Notes under the pieces: generated by a model | The model's input: only the letters and a program-made list of their open reading frames with translations | Database searches by the model: none | Told to the model about the DNA's origin: nothing | Part shown: piece after piece, positions 12,516-26,600 of the stretch | How positions within the stretch are numbered: position 1 is the stretch's first letter | Layout of the letters: every line of letters begins with the position of its first letter | Assembly (NCBI RefSeq): GCF_902713615.1 | Contig: NC_052169.1 | Location: 20,018,526 to 20,082,525 of the forward strand | Direction of reading: 5' to 3' | DNA length: 64,000 nucleotides | Source of the DNA: Scyliorhinus canicula | Taxonomy: Eukaryota | Position numbers and translations under genes: made by a program

Positions 12516-14736
12516 CTGCAAAACACAAATCGATCCAGCTAGTGGAGCAGGATTCAGACATGGCAGCAAGACTCACCTTCAAACTCTTAAGTATTTGCAA
12601 CATACTAGTATAATACCACTACTCACACCAAGTCCCATTCACCCATATGATCACTGGTGCAGCAGCAATGCAAAACTTTTAAATTTTAATTCTTGTTCTC
12701 GAATCCATCCAGGGCCTTGCTCGCTCATTCCTCGGTCACCTCTTTCAACCTCTTCTGAAACACCCTGTTCCCCAATTCCAGCTTCTTGCACTTCGCTGCT
12801 TTCCACTGCTGCACTCTGAGTGGCTGTGCCTTCAGCTAACAAAGTCTGAAGCTCTGTCACCCCCCTTCCTCAATATTTCTGACTCCCTTTACTCGAAGAC
12901 GCTTCAAAACGCACCTATTTAACTAAGGTTGTGGTAGGGCAGCACGGTGGCACAGTGGTTAGCACTGCTGCATCACGTCGCCGGGGACCCGGGACACACA
13001 CACGCACACACACTGGAGTTTGCACATTCTCCCAGTGTGGGGGTCCCACCCTCACAACCCAAAGATGTGCAGGAAAGATGGATTGGCCACGTTAAATTGC
13101 CCCTTAAATTTAAAAAAAGGTTTTGGTCACATATCCCATGTATGTTGTGCAACATATGGCCCACATCCGGCCTGCCAAGCTTCTTGACTTGGCCACTGGA
13201 GTCATTATTCAAATGATGGGCAATTCAACGACAAACTCTGCAAGGAGCTGCTCCTCCAATCACATGCCGTTTCGCTTCCATATTTGTTGCTGATAGGCTT
13301 GTGCGTGTGTCCGTGGGAGGGAGAAAGAGAGGCAGAGAGGGAGAAAGAGAGGCAGAGAGAGCGAACGTGAGATTCTCTCTGTGGAAATGAGAGTAGGTGT
13401 GTGTGTGTGTGTGTATACACTGCCCCTCCTCCTCATCCTACCCCAACAATTTAACCACTAAGCAGGCCAGGGGAGGAGGAAAACCCAGGCTGAAAACAAC
13501 CCACTTCCATCCCCCAGTTTTCTTTGAACTCCACCGAGGCCAATTCAGAGTGACCGTTGCCAGTGTGAGAACACAAGGTCAGTGCAATCGTTTAACTCGG
13601 CCCCATCCCCACCCTCTTTCTGCTGACCAGCCTATTCTGCCTCTTTAGCTCTGTTTCTTAAGAGAAACGGTTTTATTGGTTAACTCTGCTGCTGATCACT
13701 TTTTAATGATTATTTGTATTATGGTTTTTTTTTCAAATTTTCAACTTTTGACTTTTAAGAAAATCATGTTTAATATTGAGCTTCTCTTGCCGAAATTTGT
13801 TCATCCGCCCAGTGAGAAAAAAATTGAAACATGCCCACCTCCAAGCGAAAAGATTGGACAAGCCTGATTTATATGGACCAAAGCCAAATTCTGTTTGATC
13901 ACGCTCACAAAGTCCTTTGGGTCACTCTATAACATTAAACGCTGCTAATATAAATGCAGTTACTTTCCCCGCTTCCAAAGATAGGTGGCGGTATTGTTTT
14001 CACCACTGTTAAGTCTGTTTGTAAGGGCAGCACGGTGGTGCAGTGGGTTAGCCCTGCTGCCTCACGGCGCCGAGGTCCCAGGTTCGATCCCGGCTCTGGG
14101 TCACTGTCCGTGTGGAGTTTGCACATTCTCCCCGTGTCTGCGTGAGTTTCGCCCCCACATCCCAAATTATGTGCAGAGTAGGTGAATTGGCCACGATAAA
14201 TTGCCCCTTAATTGGAAAAAATTAATTGGGTACTCTAAATTTATATTTTTTTTAAAAGTATGTTTGCAAAAAAATCTCAAATAAATAATAATCTTCATTG
14301 TCACAAATAGGCTTACATTAACACTGCAATGAAGTTACTGTGAAAATCTCCTTGTCGCCACATTCCGGCGCCTATTCGGGTACACTGAGGGAGAATTCAG
14401 AATGTCCAATTCACCTAACCTGCACATCTTTAGGAACTTGTGGGAGAAAACCGGAGCACCCAGAGGAAACCCACGCAGACACGGGGAGAACGTGCAGACT
14501 CCGCACAGACAGTGACCCAAGCCGGGAATCGAACCTAGGACCCTGGCGATGTGAAGCAACAGTGCTAACCACTGTGCTATGGATGGATTTCAATAAAACC
14601 TGACAGAGCAAGGCCAAAGGAAGAACTGATTGATGAAGTAAAAAGTGAAGATGCAAATGTAAATCGAGATCCTGGAATTTCCTACGGATCTGTTAATATA
14701 AAGTGAATTGACATTTTTTTAAAAATGTGGTGAATT

Positions 14737-14962
14737 AAAAAAATAAATAAATTTAGAGACCCAATTATTTTTTCCAATTAAGGGGCAATTTAGCGTGGCC
14801 AATCCACCTAGCCTGCACATCTTTTGGGTTGTGGGGGCGAAACCCACGCAGACACGGGGAGAATGTGCAAACTCCACACGGACAGTGACCCAGGGCCAGG
14901 ATTCGAACCCGGGTCCTCAGCGCCGTAGGCAACAATGCTAACCACTGTGTCACCGTGCTGCC
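14737..14962 (-). mobile_element. Short A-tailed V-SINE with 15-bp TSD (representative of more than 25 copies)
   Basis: Same head and core as HE1, ends gggtactctaaattt(A)n; TSD AAAATGTGGTGAATT at 14722 and 14965. Confidence 0.9.
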
Positions 14963-16748
14963 TCAAAATGTGGTGAATTTTAAAATGTTGATTGATTAGA
15001 ATCTTTTGTATTCGCTTAGCTGTTGTGATGGAATTTGTCAAAATGTGAGCAGAGTTTTCATAGCAGGTTGTTGGATGCAGATCATCCTGAAGCTTCCTCA
15101 GTGATATGGAAGCTTTTTAGTTACAGAGCATTAAGCGTGCAGATAAAAGCCTCAAGGGAGCCAAGTAATTGTAATAATGTTGACTTAATGCAGGATAGTG
15201 GAGATGTGTGCTACACGAAGTGCCCTCTTCATTTATTGTTCTGTCTCTGCCTCTCATCTTCTGCCCCATTTTCAAACTCACCTTCTTGTGCCCCAACCTA
15301 TATATGCTGGACTGGCTGCCAGTTGTCAACACAAGGATTGAATACTGCCCAATCCTCCTCCCTAGACAGGGAACACTCAAAAGGGCAAATCTATATCTTC
15401 AGTCATAATCAGAATGAAAAAGTCCCATTAAAATAATAGTGAGGAGGGTGCATACACAACATATGATGGTTTTTTCCTCTGCGTCCAAATAACATTGTTG
15501 TTTCTTCTCATGGGAAACCAGTAGAGAGGACAATCAATACAGAATTCCCAAGCTGCTTTTACAATTACAGGAGTTAGATCTGCTCTCACGCAGTTCTGCT
15601 TCCTGAAGCACAAAAGTCAAAAACAGAACTGCGAGGACTTGCTAAAAGTGACTGCCATGATCACCTATTTTAAGCTGGGGGTTTTTTTCCCCCCAATTGG
15701 CAGCAGTCAATTTTTGTGTGCTGTTCGTATAAAAGCAATTTCAACCTGGCAATCGGTGGCTGGATGTCTCAAAGAACAAAGTAGATACTGAAAGGACAGG
15801 ACCAGGAAATGGCAAGGTTGGGAAATGATTGCTCAAACAAGCACCATCTGTTTGGAAAGTATTTGCTTACAAATGACTGAAGGTGTACTCTTCATGTCAT
15901 CAAAGGTGTAAGAATTTCATGTGACTTGCATACAGAGGAAATCTCTCTACTAATAGAGAATGCGTAACATCTAGCCACTTAGCAAGATTCGGACTACCAA
16001 CTGACCATAGAATCTGTCCATTGTATGGGATAGCGCCCCGAAATATTATTTTAATGTAGCGATTACGAAAATCCATTCAGGCTCTGGAGTCTGTTCCGCT
16101 ATTCATTCAGATTCTGGTTGATGTGCGCCTCAACTCCATCTCAGTTCCATATTCCTCTTACCATTACATGACAAAAATCTATACGTTTTGAAATTCTCAA
16201 ATGACCTCAGCTTTTGCCCTTTAAGTAAAGAAGTGCTCCTTGAAAATACCCCTGAACATCCACGCTGTCATTTTATGGTGATAGCCCCTTGTTCTATAAT
16301 ACACCCAGCAAAGGAAAGAGTTTTGCTCTATCGACCCTATTAAATCCTTTAATCATCTAAAACACAAAGTTAGATCACCCGTAATCTTTTCTCCAAGGAA
16401 ATACTATGGTGCAGGCAGCCTGGCCTTATAACTGTTTTAACCCCGGAATCTTGCTGGTGAATCTGATGCTGTTACTTCGATGCTGGCTATTCTAAGGTGC
16501 AGTATCAAGAACTGAACACAAGACTCCAGATGTGGTCCACCCAGAGCTTGCAGAACGGAAACTTTATCAGCTCAATTAATGTGTATGAGCCAGATTATAC
16601 TGTTACGGATTACCTGCCAAATGACTGATAAGTGAATGCTTTGTGGGGAGAGCTTGTGTGGAGTTAGCTGCTATATTAACACCCATTTCAATAGGTATAT
16701 CTGAAACAATATCGGTGCTGTATTATAGTCACCACCTCGTCCTCTTAC

Positions 16749-16878
16749 CTGGTTTTGTCATATTCTAACAGCTTGTCTTTGTGTTTAACAGCTTTCTCCA
16801 GCCCAGCTTTCAGAACCATTTCCTGATGAGGCAGCAGCTCCCTCTCAAGGATATCAGGATTTCCTCCTCTTTCTGCAC
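16749..16878 (-). CDS. TRIP4: TRIP4 coding exon 6 (GAERGGNPDILERELLPHQEMVLKAGLEKAVKHKDKLLEYDKT)
   Basis: ttccag| acceptor, AG|gtaag donor, 130 nt; conserved GLEKAxxHKDKLLEYD. Confidence 0.94.
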
Positions 16879-17590
16879 CTGGAAGGGTCCAACAGGTTCA
16901 CATTACTCTTTTACTACATTTAAACAGTAAAACGCTTGGGACTGGGAATAAAAAAAGTCAAATGCTGTTATAAAGTTTGCAGAGAACCCTGCATTCAATC
17001 CGATTAAACACGGTGCCACAATCGGCTTTAAAAGAGTGATGGGCAACCTAGGCTAGTGAGTGGGCAGGTCCTTCATCTCATTTCGAACACTTTAAGACAC
17101 GCCAAATATTTCATGACAGGTTATAACGATAATCTTTATTATTGTCACAAGCAGACTTACATTAACACTGCAATGAAGTTACGGTGAAAATCGTCTAGTT
17201 GCCACACTCCGGCGCCTGTTCGGGTACACAGAGGGAGAATTCAGAATGTCCAATTCACCAAACAAGGAGCTGGTTTAGCTCACTGGGCTAAATCGCTGGC
17301 TTTTAAAGCAGACCAAGCAAGCCAGCAGCACGGTTCGATTCCCGTAACAGCCTCCCCGGACACGCGCCGGAATGTGGCGACTAGGGGCTTTTCACAGTAA
17401 CTTCATTGAAGCCTACTCGTGACAATAAGCGATTTTCATTTCATAAGCACATCTTTCGGGACTTGTGGGAGGAAACTGGAGCACCCGGAGGAAACCCACG
17501 CATACACGGGGAGAACGTGCAGACTCCGCACAGAGAGTGACCCAAGTCAGGAATTGAACCTCGGACCCTGGCACTGTGAAGCAACTGTGC

Positions 17591-17650
17591 TAACCACTGT
17601 GCTACCGTGTTAACCACTGTGCTACCGTGTTAACCACTGTGCTACCGTGT
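17591..17650 (+). repeat. 20-bp unit x3 (TAACCACTGTGCTACCGTGT) from a SINE 5' end
   Basis: Three exact tandem copies. Confidence 0.9.
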
Positions 17651-19301
17651 TATTGAAAATGCTGAATCTCGTATACTAATAGAACCGTCATCAACTTCAA
17701 ATGGCAAAAGGAAAAGAAACACTGCGCTTGCGTATCTAGAATCTGAGGCACGTGCCAATTGAACCGTAGCAGTGCTTTGATTGGGAGCAGAGAGTGGATG
17801 CTCACACAGTCAATGCTGTGGGGAAATCAGCGGATAGTCAATCCAGACATAAGCAAGGGACAGGAACCTTCAGATAAGCAGAGGCATTTGTGCAAAGGTA
17901 TATTCACATCAAAGTAATGTCAAAGAGCAAAACATTTGTGGGCAGCACGGTAGCTTTGTGGTTAGCACAATTGCTTCACAGCTCCAGGGTCCCAGGTTCG
18001 ATTCCCGGCTTGGGTCACTTTCTGTGCAGAGTCTGCACATCCTCTCCGTTTGTGCGTGGGTTTCCTCCGGGTGCTCCGGTTTCCTCCCACAGTCCAAAGA
18101 TGTGCAGGTTAGGTGGATTGACCATGATAAATTGCCCTTAGTGTTGGGTGGGGTTACTGGGTTATGGGGATAGGGTGGAGGTGTGGACCTTGGGTAGGGT
18201 GCTCTTTCCAAGAGCCGGTGCAGACTCGATGGGCCGAATGGCCTCCTTCTGCACTGTATATTCTATGAATTCTATGATCATAAACTGTGGAATTATTGTT
18301 CTGGACAAGGTAAACATCGGCTTGGATTCAGTGGGTAACATATTGACTGAGTCTGAAGATCAATGGTTCAATATTCACCTCAGAGGCCTAAACACAAGAT
18401 CCAGGCTGACACGCCAAGACAGTCCTGAGGAAGTGCTGCACTGCCGGACCTGTCATCCCTCAGAACATCAAGTATAGGGGCTGGATTCTTCTGATATGGA
18501 ATTTCAGAGAAACATTTTTTTTTAAATTTAGAGTACCCAATTCATTTTTTCCAATTAAGGGGCAATTTAGCATGGCCAATCCACCTACCCTGCATATCTT
18601 TTGGGTTGTGGGAGCAAAACCCATGCCGACATGGGAAGAATGTGCAAACTCCACACGGACAGTGACCCAGGGCCGGGATCGAACTTGGGACCTCGGCGTC
18701 GTGAGGCAGCAGTGCTAATAAGGGGCAATTTAGCATGGCCACTCAATCTAATCTGCACATCTTTGGACTGTGGGAGGAAACCAGAGCACCTGGAAGAAAC
18801 CCACACAGACACGGGGAGAACGTCACAGACAGTCACCCAAGGCCAGAATCGAACACAGGTCAATGGCGCTGTGAGGCAACAGTGCTAACCACTGTGCCCC
18901 CGATTTAAGAGGCAGCTGGATAAACACATAAGGGGGGGAAAGAAATACAATGTTTTGCTGATTGGCTAAGTGAAGAAAGGCGGGAGAAGGATTGTACGGA
19001 GCATAAAAACCCAGCATCGACCGGTTGAGCTAAATGTCGCTGTGACGTACATTAAATGAAATTCCCCTTGGAGGGGAGTCATAGCCTGCCCCCTCCAGCA
19101 CAACTAAACTCAGCTAATTTAAAACAAACTAACAACTCAGGGCATCTAGACTTGATGATCTGAAGAATGACAGGGCCAGCAGTGCGGCACTTCCTCAGTT
19201 CCATCAGGGTCAATTACATACTAACTTTAAACAGATTCAATGGAGAACACCACTAAACTATTTCCAATTTATCAACCGCACAGCAATGGTAAATAACTAA
19301 C

Positions 19302-19386
19302 CTGTAGTCGACATGAGCTTCTTGCGCAACCTTTGACTCTTGTTTGAGTCACGGACAAGAATCTCTTGCTCTTCTTTGGTACAGAC
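19302..19386 (-). CDS. TRIP4: TRIP4 coding exon 5 (VCTKEEQEILVRDSNKSQRLRKKLMSTT)
   Basis: ttgcag| acceptor, G|gttagt donor, 85 nt; continues GTL|VCT after the zinc finger. Confidence 0.94.
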
Positions 19387-20369
19387 CTGCAAAATATACA
19401 TTCAGATTAAGGAACAATGCAGTAAGTGAGTGGTTATAGGCGGGTGTCAAGGTATCAGTAATTGAAAATATTTTCAGTTTATTGACAGTAAACTAATTTA
19501 CTGACAAAAATACAGAAGACAATACAATGAGGACACAAATCACTTGGTACCCAGAATAGGGAATCACTTTGTTAAACAAATTGCATTGTTAAAAACAGAT
19601 GATAAACATTGGCTTAATTATAAATGGGCACAGCTGGAAGTGTTGGTTGTGGGGAACAGAAAGAAGCTGTTATGAGAATGTGGGTGGCATAGTGGTTTGC
19701 ACTGCTGTCTCATAGCACTAAAGACCTGGGTTCAATTTCGGCTTTGGGTGTGTGTGTGGAGTTTGCACTTTCCCCCCAGTGTCTGCGTGGGTTTCCTCCC
19801 ACAGTCCAAATACGTGCAGGTTAGGGGAACTGGCCATGCCAAAATGCCACTTGGTGTTCAGGGGTGTGCAGGTTAGGTTACAGGGATAGGGCGGGGGAGT
19901 GGACCTGGGTGGAATACGCTTTTGGAGGGTCAGTGCAAACTCAATGGGCCGAATAACCTCCTTCTGCACTGTAGGAATCTACAGATTCTAAACCTGCTCA
20001 AGGTAAAATACCAGCGTTAGATTTAGACTTTCTTCACATGCAATTATTGGAGTTTTTAAAAAAAATTTAGAATACCCAATTAATTTTTTCCAATTAAGGG
20101 GCAATTTATAGTGTGGCCAATCCACCTACTCTGCACATCTTTGGGTAGTGGGGGTGAAACCCACGCAAACACGGGGAGAATGTGCAAACTCCACACGGAC
20201 AGTGACCCAGAGCCGGGATCGAACCTGGGACCTCAGCGCCGTGAGGTTACAGGGCTAACCCACTGCACCACCGTGCTGCCCGCAATTATTGGAGTTAACA
20301 GCAGGGGTACTTGTGTCCAGAAAAGAGAGGGCTGATGGATGACCTGACAGTGGTCTTGAAGATAATTCC

Positions 20370-21205
20370 AGGTGTGCTAGCGTTCATTAGCAGAGGGAAT
20401 GAATTTAAGAGCCGTGAGGTGATGATGCAGCTGTACAAAACCTTGGTCAGGTCACATTTGGAGTAGTGTGTGCAGTTCTGGTCACCTCATTTTAGGAAGG
20501 ATGTGGAAGCTTTGGAAAAGGTGCAAAGGAGATTTACCAGGATGTTGCCTGGAATGGAGAGTAGGTCTGACGAGGAAAGGTTGAGGGTGCTAGGTCTTTT
20601 CTCATTAGAACGGAGAAGGATGAGGGTGAGGTTTATAAGATGATCAGGGGAATAGATAGAATAGACAGTCAGAGACTTTTTCCCTGGGTGGAACAAACCA
20701 TTACAAGGGGACATAAATTTAAGGTAAATGGTGGAAGATATAGGGGGGATGTCGGAGGTAGGTTCTTTACCCAGAGAGTAGTGGGGGCATGGAATGCACT
20801 ACCTGTGGAAGTAGTTGAGTCAGAAACGTTAGGGACCTTCAAGCGGCTATTGGATAGGTACATGGATTATGGTAGAATAATGGAGTGTAGATTAATTTGT
20901 TCTTAAGGGCAGCACGGTAGCATTGTGGATAGCACAATTGCTTCACAGCTCCAGGGTCCCAGGGTCGATTCCGGCTTGGGTCACTGTCTGTGGAGTCTGC
21001 ACATCCTCCCTGCGTGCGCGTGGGTTTCCTCCGGGTGCTCCGGTTTCCTCCCACAGTCCAAAGATGTGCAGGTTGGGTGGATTGGCCATGATAAATTGCC
21101 CTTAGTGTCCAAAATTCTATGATCTATGATTAGCCTAGGACAAAAGTTTGGCACAACATCGTGGACCCAAGGGCCTGTTCTGTGCTGTATTTCTCTATGT
21201 TCTAT
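20370..21205 (+). mobile_element. CR1 3' fragment with SINE insertion
   Basis: TRGHKFKVNGGRYRGD...FFTQRVVGAWNALP; ttctatg tail. Confidence 0.85.
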
Positions 21206-23036
21206 GACCACGAGAGCCATGGGGAATCATTGATAGATCTCTCCATGGGGAGTTTCACTATTGAGCGGGCGGAGGCTCACCCCAATAGGAACTATTCGGT
21301 GGAAGTTTAATACCTGCAGGCCAGCCCCAGACCAGCATTCCCGATGGTCCCGGTGTTGGGATACAAGCATTCCAAACAGAAGCTGTATTTCTTTTCATTC
21401 TCAAAATAAACTAGAGTTTGGCGGAGTTATTACAATAATGAAACATTTGATTGGTTACACACACCAAAAACATTTCCACTTGTGAGGCACAAATACTTGG
21501 AATAACTGAGCTGAATGGTCTAATTGTGTGTTGTAAAATCCTATACCGTGTGTACCTGTTCTTCCAGGTGCACTTATTATTTTCTTATGCAAAAGGAAGT
21601 TAGGGCACAATTTCCCTTCACTTTATCGAGTCACACAAACCAACTTACTTCCAAATACCCGTTGGCTTGTCCTCAAAAGTCTTTCTTCATGACGATAACA
21701 TCAGTTATTTAAAAGGAACAATTTGAAATATAAATTCAACTTTAAAAGATAGTTCCCAACATATTGAGCTTTGAGTTTCAAGTACAGAAACGGCACAAGT
21801 TTGCTCTGCTTACTGCGCAGCAGCCACATAAGGGAGGTTTTGTCATTATATGAAGGACATTTTAAAGTCAAGGTCCGGGAAAGCATCATTTCACTGATTT
21901 CTGGACAAAACCAAACACATCATTTTCTACCAAAGACTATCAAGGTGCAGCCACTTCTACCAATGCAATGAAGCACCCTGCACCGTGCCAAAAGCATCTT
22001 CAGGTGCAAGTGGTGTCATTTGTCCGATGGCCATTGATCAGGTTGTGGTTAACGCCTGGCTTTAAAGAGACTGCTCAAGTCAAAGCACCGACTGTCCTAC
22101 AATGTGATAAATGACACAAACAGCAGTCCAGTTAAGACATGTTCCACAGGACATACTCGTTTGAGCAGATGCCATCGAGAAGGAGCATAATTAATAAGTG
22201 CCGTTGAAATTAGACATCGCTGAAGTATTGGGATGAATGAGCGCAACTCAATGTCAATCAACGTTGTTCATATTGTCAGGTTCACAGGCTTAGACAGATT
22301 CATCTCATTAAATCAGTTCTTGCTTACGGTTAATGTGTTAAACAGGTAACAGAACCTACCTGTTCTCTTCTGCTGCTGAGGAACTGATTCAAGCTGTCAC
22401 TGGATTCCATTATGTGTCAACAACCTTGCAGGACGTCAAATGGCCATTTTGGTCCCCAGCAGTGACCCCCTAGCACACCCAACCAGGACCGTTCATGTCG
22501 CACACAGTTACCAGCTAAGGTCAATGAACGGCAAAGAGCAAATTGGCCAAATTTCATTATTTAAAATTTTTTTAGGCTACCCAATTATTTTTTTTCCAAT
22601 TAAAGGGCAATTTAGTGTTGCCAATCCACCTACCCTGCACATCTTTGAAACCCACGCAGACACATGGGGGATGTGCACAGTGACCCGGGACCGGGATTGA
22701 AGCAGAGTCCTCAGCGTCGTCGGCAGCAGTGCTAACCACTGCGCCAACGTGCCGCTCCCAAATTTCATCCCTGAACCATTTCTTGGGCTGAAATCAGATA
22801 ACCCAACACCAGACTACGGAATGGACCAGGGATCCTCCTGACCCATACAGTTCAAAAACACATCGCAAGGTATATTTAGCTATTGAGAGGGGCAAATTGA
22901 AGTGAGTTAATATTTTCTGCAGAAATCCGACAGACAACAGGTAATTCCGTATGTATTGATCAATGCAAGGGCCAGCTCCTTCCTTCCTTCCATCCACAGG
23001 AAGCAGAGTCTCCATTGGAGAGGATTGCTCACTCAC

Positions 23037-23249
23037 CAGTGTTCCACAGAACAAGCAGGGGCCAGATCCCTCCTGCACGCAGACAATGCGGCCGCAACCC
23101 AGGCAGTTGTTGATGAGTTTGTGCGTTTGTCCTAAGCATTCACATGGATGGCGGCCGGGGAGGATGACAGCGAGTTGGTCCTCACCCTCCTTGGTGTACA
23201 GGGACAGGTATTTTGTCTTCTTCTTGGATGCAGAATTAGCCTCCTGCAC
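23037..23249 (-). CDS. TRIP4: TRIP4 coding exon 4, C2HC5 zinc finger (RHPCECLGQTHKLINNCLGCGRIVCVQEGSGPCLFCGTL)
   Basis: Diagnostic zf-C2HC5 of ASC-1; ccag| acceptor, |gtgagt donor, 213 nt, phase 0/0. Confidence 0.97.
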
Positions 23250-23261
23250 CTGGTTAAAAAC

Positions 23262-23600
23262 AGAAGTGTAAAGTGAAATGTAAAAAACACAGCAGCCAAT
23301 TTGTGCACAGCAAGCTCCCACAAGCAGCAATGAGATAAATGACCAGGTAATCGTTTCATTAAAGGGATGAATATTGCCCAAGATACCAGGGAAAACTCCC
23401 CTGCTTTTCTTCCAGCAGTGCCATATAATCTTTTACGAGGGTGGACAACCCCTTTGTTTAAAGTCTCTTACAAAAGACAGCGCCTTTGACAGTGCAGCAC
23501 ATCGCCAGTATTGCACTGGGAGTGTATGCCTAGATTTTATGCCATGGAGTGGGATTTGAACCTTGGAGTCAAGAGCGGAGAATGCTACCAATTAAGCTGC
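23262..23600 (-). mobile_element. Old DeuSINE (SacSINE1-like) copy abutting the TRIP4 exon 4 acceptor
   Basis: gcagccaatttgtgcacagcaagctcccaca...aaagacagcgcctttgacagtgcagca...ggagtgggatttgaacc; family assignment from recall. Confidence 0.7.
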
Positions 23601-26600
23601 AGTTCTAACCTTGATCAGTAAGCAGCTGTTCTCAACAGTCACTCTGCTTTAGCCACAGAGTGAAAATAATTGGCTAGTATCTTCAAATCCCTGTAGGATG
23701 TTTTCAATCCCAGCTGCACAACTTTGGGTCACAGTAAACATATCCGGATCTCTTCCCTTTCCAACTCTCCCGAGTATCATGGAAGTTAATTAAATCATAA
23801 GGCATCCTTCCAAGAACGGTGTTTCACTCCTCCCAGTGACTGACTGCAAAGCAGAAAAGGCTGAACCTTGGAACAGAAACCAAGTAAAAGGGTTGTCACG
23901 AGGACATAATATGAAATTTATAAAATGCACAAAAATCTCCAGGAGCTGAATCATGGGTCACGTGCAAACAAAATTCCTAATCTCTGAATGTAGAGCGAGT
24001 TTTGCTTCAATTGGTTCTTGCGACTCTGTTGGTAAACTTTTTTTTAAATTTAGAATACCCAATTCACTTTTTCCAATTAAGGGGCAATTTACCGTGGTCA
24101 ATTCACCTAACCTGCACATCTTTGGGTTGTGGGGGTGAAACCCACGCAGACACGGGGAGAATGTGCAAACTCCACACGGACAGTGACCCAGAGCTGGGAT
24201 CGAACCTGGGACCTCGGCGCCATGAGGCAGCAGTGCTAACCTCCTGTTGGTAAACTCGATGGCAATGGCAATAGAATTCTAGGTCTTCATAAATAAGTGT
24301 GAATCTTAGAAAGAACTAACCAATATTGTCTAATGTTGCCAACCTTTTGAAAACATTTGGAATAGGTCTCATGCTCAAGAGTGGGGTCAATTAAAAGAAA
24401 GAGACATTTTTTATTGAGTGAATTTGAGTGAACTTGGTTCACTTCACTTTTATCCTCTTTGCCCAAGTGTGTAGCCATCAAAGCCGAGGAATATATTTGC
24501 CTCTTTGTCTGGGGCTCCTATAGCCAACTAGCAGGGGCTGGTCCAGGCAGGCATTTCCCACCCAACTTTCGCTGCTACTAGCTCAGGGCAGCTGCACTTT
24601 GGCCAGGCCCTGACCCAGTGGCCGAGGATTCAATGCTATATTCAAAGAAAGAAGGAACTTGGTCTCCTTGAATGCTAAAATTACCTTCTGGGAGTGGAGA
24701 CTGTTTACCTGGTTGAAAGAGCGTCCATGGGTAGAATAGCACATTTAACATGAGGGAGATGGGTAGCCAAACAGCTATCACGCCTCTATTGTCAACGAGA
24801 CAGTATGCAATCTTATGTTGAAGTGTTGCAGACCCCAGCTTGTCATTTGTTAGAAATTACCAATCACATTGGTTTAATAACAACTCATTTTGATACATTT
24901 CTTTCTTCAAAAGGATATACACAACTCCATCTAAAACCCGTACCACTCAATCTTCAGATATAATCACCCCTTACATTCACGTCAGTGTTTGCAGCCCAAA
25001 TACAATTCCAATGTGGAGCAGTCAGCTTTCATTACTTCAGGGATATGGGAACTAACAAGGGTGCAAGTCACAGATAAACATCCAGATAAGAGCATCTTCT
25101 GCCGGCTTTCAAAGTAGAATGAACGGCAGTTCTGAAGAATGTTTCGAGACTTGGCTGGTTCCACGCTCGCTGAGAAAGTCCAATCCACAGAATCATTACA
25201 GCACAGAAAGTGTATCTGCCCATTGTATCTGCACCAGCTCTCTGAATTAGTAATTCCCCCGTCTTCTCCCCGTAACCCTGCACATTCTTCCTTTTCAGAT
25301 AACAATCTAATTCCTCTGTCTCAAGTACAAATGTTTGGCAGTGGAGAACTGGAGGGTCGCTATATAAAAAAACACGTACTGGTGAAGCATTCGTGCATTC
25401 GTCAGGACAGCTACGCAGGATCCCAGCAAACACCACTTCCCTTCAGCTGTTTGCAACAAGTAGCGTAATGACCGTACTCAACCAGCCCACACTTGCAAAG
25501 CTCGGAACATAGCGTCCAACGTTAGATGGGAATTTGCAAAATTACACCAACAACCAATTCAAGATCACTTGGGCTCATAACGTGGCTCAGTTATGCTTGC
25601 TAGAAGTGGTGTATATTCAAATGCAGGGCCCCTCCTTTGCAAATAGAAGGAGTAGGTTAATTGCCTTTTTTAATTAAACAAAAGCATTGGGTGAAGGGGG
25701 GAATGGTCCCTGGTTGTGTCTCCATGGCAATGCCTCAACCAGAATTCACTTGCCTACCAATCAGACTCTCATGAAGTATAAATTGTTGCTCTCTTTGAAA
25801 TTTGGTATTCTTCTGTGTACCCTGGTGAGTGCTTCATTATGTCTCTTAATAAAAAGGTGGTAAAATGAAGAGTAGGGCATTTGTGAATGGAGGAATGGGG
25901 CGAGGTATTAATTATTGCATCTAAAAATTTCTCCAAAGGGAGGTTAACTGGACTGGCCTATAGTTGCAGGGCTTTGCACCTTAAATGGAACAAGGATGTC
26001 AAATTTGCAGTCTTGCAGTGCTCAAGCACCACCTCAGAGTTGGTCAGTGCCTCTGCAATTTCCACACTCACTTCCCTCAATATTCTTGAATGCATCTCAT
26101 CCAGTCCTAATACCTCAGGGTAGAATGGTAGCATTGTGGTTAGCACAATTGCTTCACAGCTCCAGGGTCCCAGGTTCGATTCCGGGCTTTCATCTCTGCC
26201 AGTGCGGAGTCTGCGCGTTCTCCCCGTGTGTCTGCGTGGGTTTCCTCCGGGTGCTCTGGTTTCCTCCCACAGTCCAAAGATGTGCAGGTTAGGTGGATTG
26301 GTCACGCTAAATTAGTGTCCAAAATTGCCCTTCGAGTTGGGTGGGGTTACTGGGTTATGGGGAAAGAGCCGGTGCAGACTCGATGGGCTGAATGGTCTCC
26401 TTCTGCACTGTAAAGTCTATGATTCTCATCAATTATGAATCCTTCTAGTGCATTAATTATCTCCTCTTTCAGTGTGGCCTGCGTAGATCTTCCTTGGTAA
26501 AGGGAGGTGCAAAATATTCATTTAATACCTTAGCTAATCCCTCAGCCCATGCACATATCCCCTTTTTGGTCCCTACTCATTATTTTCCACACTTTTACTG

